DNA of 64,000 nucleotides from Thalassobaculaceae bacterium (GTDB lineage Bacteria; Pseudomonadota; Alphaproteobacteria; Thalassobaculales; Thalassobaculaceae): NCBI GenBank assembly GCA_965228875.1, contig OZ245843.1, positions 2,586,616 to 2,650,615 of the forward strand, read 5' to 3'. Shown piece by piece: positions 59,312 to 64,000 of this stretch (position 1 is its first letter; each line of letters starts with the position of its first letter). The notes under the pieces were generated by a model. It saw only the letters and a program-made list of their open reading frames with translations, ran no database searches and was not told where the DNA came from. The position numbers and the translations under genes were made by a program.

Positions 59312-59453
59312 CGCGCCAGCCTCCTCGCAGCGTTTCCTGTAGTGCCGCCAGCGTAGCGCAGAGCGCCTCCCGAGGGAGGAGCGCAATCCCGTCGCCGGAC
59401 AGGGCGGGGACGGTACTCCCAGCCGACCGGCGGTGTCCGGACCTTCGTCTAAC

Positions 59454-60710
59454 TCAGAACCGGTCGATGCGATACGGCGCCATGTCCACCCCCGGGTCGC
59501 GACCGGCGATCTGGTCGGCGATCAGTTCCCCCGTGCGGGCCGCCAGGGTCAGGCCGATATGGCTGTGACCGAAGCCGTAATAGACGTTGGCATGATCGGG
59601 GGAACGGCCGATCACCGGCACGCTGTCCGGGGTCGAGGGACGGAAGCCGAGCCATTCCCGCGTGACCTCGTATTTCAGACCGGGCAGCGCGTCCTCGGCG
59701 AAGGGCAGCATCCGGTAGACCCGGCGGAAGTCCGGCGGCGCGTCGACCCCGGCAAATTCGGCGCCGGTGGTGAGCCGCAGCCCGTCCTGCATCGGCGCCA
59801 GCACGAACCCGTGGTCGCCGATCACCGTCGGGCGGCGCAACTCCGGCCCCTCGGTCACGTTGAGGTTCAGGTGATAGCCGCGCTCGGTGTCGAGCGGAAC
59901 CTTGCGGCCAAGCATGGCGCAGATCTCGTGGCTGCGCGCACCGGCGGCGATGACCACGGCGTCGCAGGCATGCATGCCGCGGTCGGTCACCACCTTCTCG
60001 ACGCCGTTGGGTCCGGTCTCGAACCGGCGCACCTTCTCGGCCAGCCAGTCGCCGCCGAGATCCCTGAACGCGGCGAAATAGGCTTCCGTCAGCTTGATCG
60101 ACTGACTGACGAAGGCGTTCTCCGGCTGGTTGTATCCGTGGGTGAACCTGCGGTTCAGGCCGGGCTCGAGCTGGCGGATTTCGTCGGCCGAGAGCTCGTC
60201 GAACTTCACCCCGCGCCGGCGCATGGTCTCGCGCTCGTCCCTCGTCCGGTCGTACTTCTCCTGGCTCGAATAGACCTTCAGCCAGCCGACCGGCCGCACG
60301 ATCTCATGGGCCCTGGCCAGGGCGATCAGCTTGCGGTGGGCCTCCAGCGCGTCCTTGGTGATGGCCCGCAGATCCTGGGAGATCTTCTCGACCCGGCCCG
60401 GTGTGCTGGCGGCCAGGAACCGCAGTAGCCAGGGCAGCATCCTCGGCAGATAGGACGGCCGGATGTTCAGCGGCGAGGCCGGATTCAGCAGCATCTTCGG
60501 CACCTGCTTCCAGTTGCCGGGGCTGCCCGTGGGATAGACGCTGCCGATGGCGATCGACCCGGCATTACCGAATGAGGTGCCGGTACCGGGCGAGGCCGGA
60601 TCGACCAGCGTGACCCGGTGTCCCTCGCGCTGCAGGATCAGGCCGGTGGCCACACCGACGATGCCCGCGCCGACCACGACGATGCGTCTCTTGCTCTGAG
60701 GGGCGGCCAT
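59454..60710 (-). CDS. FAD-dependent D-amino acid dehydrogenase family protein
   Basis: GAGIVG, TSFGNAG, ERGYH, WLGFRP and FGHSHIGLT motifs. Confidence 0.9.
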   Translation of the reverse strand: MAAPQSKRRIVVVGAGIVGVATGLILQREGHRVTLVDPASPGTGTSFGNAGSIAIGSVYPTGSPGNWKQVPKMLLNPASPLNIRPSYLPRMLPWLLRFLAASTPGRVEKISQDLRAITKDALEAHRKLIALARAHEIVRPVGWLKVYSSQEKYDRTRDERETMRRRGVKFDELSADEIRQLEPGLNRRFTHGYNQPENAFVSQSIKLTEAYFAAFRDLGGDWLAEKVRRFETGPNGVEKVVTDRGMHACDAVVIAAGARSHEICAMLGRKVPLDTERGYHLNLNVTEGPELRRPTVIGDHGFVLAPMQDGLRLTTGAEFAGVDAPPDFRRVYRMLPFAEDALPGLKYEVTREWLGFRPSTPDSVPVIGRSPDHANVYYGFGHSHIGLTLAARTGELIADQIAGRDPGVDMAPYRIDRF

Positions 60711-60714
60711 GACC

Positions 60715-61662
60715 CTACTCCGTCGCCTTCAGCATCTGCAGCAGCCCGATCAGGCGGGCGTCGCGCTGGCGTTCCAGAGACACCATCGTGCGGTCGCCCA
60801 TCTCCTCGGCGATGCCGTCGATCAGTTTCTGTTTCAGCTCGGGGGTGAAGGTCGGCGTTTTCTGCATGTCCGCCCACCAGCTCTCCATCGGCGGGCCGAA
60901 CCGCTCGAGGGTGGTCGCCAGGCCGTCGCGGCCGGCGGTCAGGTTCATGACCATGTGCGGCCCCATCAGCGCCCAGCGCAGGCCCGGCCCCTGGGCCACG
61001 GCGGCGTTCACGTCCTCGACGCTGGCGAGCCCGTCCTCGACGGCGTTCACCGCCTCGCGCCAGAGCGCGGCCTGCAGCCGGTTGGCGAGGTGGCCCGGAA
61101 CCTCCTTGTTCACGTAGATCGCGTGTTTGCCGATGTGGTTGTAGAAGCCGTGGGCCCATTCCGCCGCCGCCCGGTCGGTCAGCCGGCCGAGCACGACCTC
61201 GACCAGCGGGATCAGGTGCGGCGGGTTGAACGGGTGGCCGACCACCAGGCGCGGCGCGAAGCCCAACCCGTCCTGCAGATCCGAGAGGATCAGACCGGAG
61301 GTCGAGGTGGCAACGATCGCATCCTGCGGAACCGCGCCGTCGATCGCCTTGTACAGGTCGATCTTGATCGGTGCGCGCTCCGGCGCGTTCTCCTGTACGA
61401 ACTGGGCTTGTGAGACGGCGGCGGCCGCGTCGTCGACCATGGTCAGCGTCCCTTCGTCGCCGACCGCCGTGCCGATGGCCTGGAGCTGCGGGCGGGCGTT
61501 TTCGACGAAAGCCTCGAGCCTCTCCTTCCAACCCGGCCCCGGATCCCAGGCCGTCACGTCGTAGCCGCGGGCGAGGAAGTAGGCGGTCCAGCTGGCGCCG
61601 ATCACGCCGGTGCCGAGCACGGCGATCCGGCTGACCTCATCGTATGGCGTATAGGCGGCCAT
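60715..61662 (-). CDS. 3-hydroxyacyl-CoA dehydrogenase family (L-carnitine dehydrogenase-like)
   Basis: GTGVIG, QENAPE, HPFNPPHLIPLVE, ANRLQAALWRE and GPGLRW motifs. Confidence 0.88.
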   Translation of the reverse strand: MAAYTPYDEVSRIAVLGTGVIGASWTAYFLARGYDVTAWDPGPGWKERLEAFVENARPQLQAIGTAVGDEGTLTMVDDAAAAVSQAQFVQENAPERAPIKIDLYKAIDGAVPQDAIVATSTSGLILSDLQDGLGFAPRLVVGHPFNPPHLIPLVEVVLGRLTDRAAAEWAHGFYNHIGKHAIYVNKEVPGHLANRLQAALWREAVNAVEDGLASVEDVNAAVAQGPGLRWALMGPHMVMNLTAGRDGLATTLERFGPPMESWWADMQKTPTFTPELKQKLIDGIAEEMGDRTMVSLERQRDARLIGLLQMLKATE

Positions 61663-61750
61663 CGTTTTCCTCCCTGGCGATTTCCCGCTCTGGCTACATA
61701 TCGGTGGGATACGCATATCAGCACCGGCACGGCGGAAAGGGAATGCGGCG

Positions 61751-62200
61751 ATGCGACGGCGGGAGCTTTTGGCACTTGTGGCGGCCGGACTGGCGGCGGG
61801 CGCGCCGAGGCCCGTGTCGGCCGGCGCCCTCGACCGCTATCGCTGGGACCGACGGCTGGTCCTGGTCTTCGCGCCGCTGAAGACGTTTCCCGGCCTGATC
61901 GTTCAGCGTCGACGCCTGTCCGCCGCCGCCAACGGTCTGGCGGAACGCGACATGACGGTTGTGGAGGCGGTGCAGTCGACCGTGCTCATCGACGGTCAGC
62001 CGAGCTTCGAGATCCGCGCCGACACCCTGCGCGCGGAGTTCGGCGTCTCGACCGTCGAGTTCGCGGTCGTCCTGATCGGCAAGGACGGCGGCGAGAAGCT
62101 GCGCCGCGACGCCGCCGTGACCGCCGACGAGCTGTTCGCCACCGTCGATTCCATGCCCATGCGCCAACGCGAAAGGCGCGAACGCGAACAGAAGGCCTAA
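61751..62200 (+). CDS. DUF4174 family exported protein
   Basis: RR signal peptide, YRWDRRLVLVFAP, LIGKDGGEK and DSMPMRQRE motifs. Confidence 0.88.
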   Translation: MRRRELLALVAAGLAAGAPRPVSAGALDRYRWDRRLVLVFAPLKTFPGLIVQRRRLSAAANGLAERDMTVVEAVQSTVLIDGQPSFEIRADTLRAEFGVSTVEFAVVLIGKDGGEKLRRDAAVTADELFATVDSMPMRQRERREREQKA

Positions 62201-62407
62201 GCGGACAGAAAGGCTGAGCCGAGCCCGGCACCTACCTGCGGAACGGTTGCACGAGCTGCCCGAGGGAGCCACGCGGCATCCGATGAGCGACCGCGACTGT
62301 CGACGGCACCCGATAGCCGACTCGTCGAGAATCGCTCCGGCGATCCCTGCCAAGCGGACCGGGGCGCTGTGCGGGAGGCCCGAGGGAACCCAATCATATC
62401 CATTGCA

Positions 62408-62486
62408 AATCAACGCCTTGGTCAGGACCCGCCACGAAGCGCACGGCGTGCGCAGAAGGGCCTTGAAAAGCGCACAAAGTGCGCTT
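62408..62486 (+). promoter_or_regulatory. IHF site plus two GCGCAC-N3-GTGCGC operators flanking a TTGAAA -35
   Basis: AATCAAcgccTTG (62408); palindromes at 62439-62453 and 62468-62486. Confidence 0.6.
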
Positions 62487-62508
62487 AAATCGGCCTAGGG
62501 AGGACATC

Positions 62509-62910
62509 ATGGCCGATACCGTTGAACAGAGCCGACCGGCGCCGCGCCTGCGGCTGGTGGGCGGGAACCCGCGTGGCTTCCGTCCGCTGATGGCGATCCA
62601 CACGCTCGACCGGCAGCGTGCCGCGATCGACCGGCGGCTGCGTCGGCCCGGCACCGATCCGCAGGTCGACGCGCGCCTGCGCCGCCAACGCGCGCTGATT
62701 GCCGCGATCCTGGCCGCACGGCCGTTCGAGCCGCGGCGCGCCCGGAGGCTGGAGCAGGAACTGCGCTGGCTCGTCCGCGCCGACACGACCGGGGTACAAG
62801 AGGAACGCACCGGTCTCGGGCGACGCCTCGGACACGGAGTGCGCGCGTTGCTAAGCACTGTTCTGCGCCCTCTTCTGCGTTCGGGCGAAGCCCCCTCCCT
62901 CCCCGCCTGA
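62509..62910 (+). CDS. Arg-rich hypothetical protein
   Basis: Strong GGGAGG RBS before the ATG; fills the gap between two + strand genes. Confidence 0.6.
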   Translation: MADTVEQSRPAPRLRLVGGNPRGFRPLMAIHTLDRQRAAIDRRLRRPGTDPQVDARLRRQRALIAAILAARPFEPRRARRLEQELRWLVRADTTGVQEERTGLGRRLGHGVRALLSTVLRPLLRSGEAPSLPA

Positions 62911-62965
62911 CCGGCCCCACGACGGAAGCAAAGACGGAACCAAGGAAAGCGCCAACGCCGTGCTG

Positions 62966-64000
62966 ATGTCCCACGCCAACGCCTTCACCCCGCCGGCCAG
63001 TTGGCCCCGGTCCGAGCGCGAGTTCTCGGCCGCTGTCGAAACCGTGCGCGGACCGTGCGCGGCCGACGCCACGACCACCGAGGCCTGGACCGTCACGCTG
63101 CGCGACACCGCCGATCACCGGGTCGCGCGCGCCGGCTACCGCCTGAGCTGCGCCCCGACCGGCGACCGGCGCGAGGACTGGCGGTTGATCGGCCCTGACG
63201 GCGAGGTGGCGGCGTCCGCCGCTGTCGCACTTCCCGCCGCCGCCTTCGGCGACGAGTTGCCCTCCGGCCCGCTGCAGACGCTGCTGACCGATCTCAGCCG
63301 AGGCCGCGCGCTGCACCCGGTGGCCGAGATGCGGGTCGAGGAGACCGTGACCGCCCTGCGCGACGACGAGGGCAAGATCCGCTGCCGGCTGGTCCTGACC
63401 GTGGCCACCGGATCGGAGGGGACGCGCCGGGTCGAGTTCGGCGTCCGCGCCCTCAAGGGCTACGAGGCCGATGCCCGCCGGGTCCGCGCCCGCATCGCCG
63501 ACCAGTTCGGCTGGCCGGTCCAGTCGGTCCCGGCCGTCGCCCAGGTTCAGGCCGCCATGGTCCCGGCGGCCGGGCTTGCGGGCGGCGACATCAGGGCCGA
63601 CGACCCCGCCGGACCGGCCATGCGCGAGATCCTCTCGGCCCTGCTCGACGTGCTGGAGGACCGGCTGTCCGGCGTGCTCGCCGACCGCCATCCGGACTAT
63701 CTGCATCAGTTCCGCGTCGCCGTCCGCCGCACCCGCTCGGCGCTGTCGCAGCTGTCCGAGGCCATCGCCCTGGAGGGACGGGCCGAAGCCGTGGACGGCT
63801 TCCGCTGGCTCGGCCAGGTGACCAGCGCGGCGCGCGACCTCGACGTCCAACTCATGGACCTCGCCGCCCGCCGGGCCGAACTGGGCGCGGAGGGGGCCAC
63901 GCTCGACCCGCTGGAGAGGCACCTGATCGCGGTGAAGACGGCGGCCCATCGCGACCTGGTCCTGGAGCTGTCCGGTACCCGCTTCCAGACCCTCATCAAC
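62966..64000 (+). CDS. CHAD domain protein with degenerate CYTH-like N-terminus (partial; runs off the window)
   Basis: Manual translation: DTADHRVARAGYRL, LHQFRVAVRRTRSAL and AARDLDV; not in the ORF track because there is no stop. Confidence 0.85.
   Translation, partial: MSHANAFTPPASWPRSEREFSAAVETVRGPCAADATTTEAWTVTLRDTADHRVARAGYRLSCAPTGDRREDWRLIGPDGEVAASAAVALPAAAFGDELPSGPLQTLLTDLSRGRALHPVAEMRVEETVTALRDDEGKIRCRLVLTVATGSEGTRRVEFGVRALKGYEADARRVRARIADQFGWPVQSVPAVAQVQAAMVPAAGLAGGDIRADDPAGPAMREILSALLDVLEDRLSGVLADRHPDYLHQFRVAVRRTRSALSQLSEAIALEGRAEAVDGFRWLGQVTSAARDLDVQLMDLAARRAELGAEGATLDPLERHLIAVKTAAHRDLVLELSGTRFQTLIN

Overview
This is a high-GC chromosomal window from an alphaproteobacterium, probably Rhodospirillales-like (inferred from mipZ, phasin, clpS-clpA, the sahR-metF pair and codon usage). 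Most of it is housekeeping DNA: C1/methionine genes (metF, a SahR-like regulator, split methionine-synthase parts with a RACo activator), ispB, uvrB, uvrC, pgsA, mobB-moeA-moaD-moaE, clpS-clpA, a phasin, a DD-carboxypeptidase, pgm-ugd-galU, mipZ, pfk and several catabolic enzymes. One clearly foreign, lower-GC islet of about 3.4 kb sits between tRNA-Pro(CGG) and uvrB. It carries a single SF2-helicase/PD-(D/E)xK-nuclease gene resembling the Hna anti-phage protein and ends in an IS3-family stump; no integrase or second att copy is visible. The most unusual non-coding signal is upstream of uvrC: three DnaA-box-like 9-mers in DARS-core-like geometry, with an exact IHF site, a Fis/NtrC-like palindrome and four GANTC sites. 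Other oddities are a tandem RTX pair in which one copy lacks the metalloprotease core, an uncharacterised vWA plus J-domain gene pair, and a twin-operator promoter in front of an unknown Arg-rich gene. All calls come from reading motifs by eye; no database search was run, and many start codons were refined manually.
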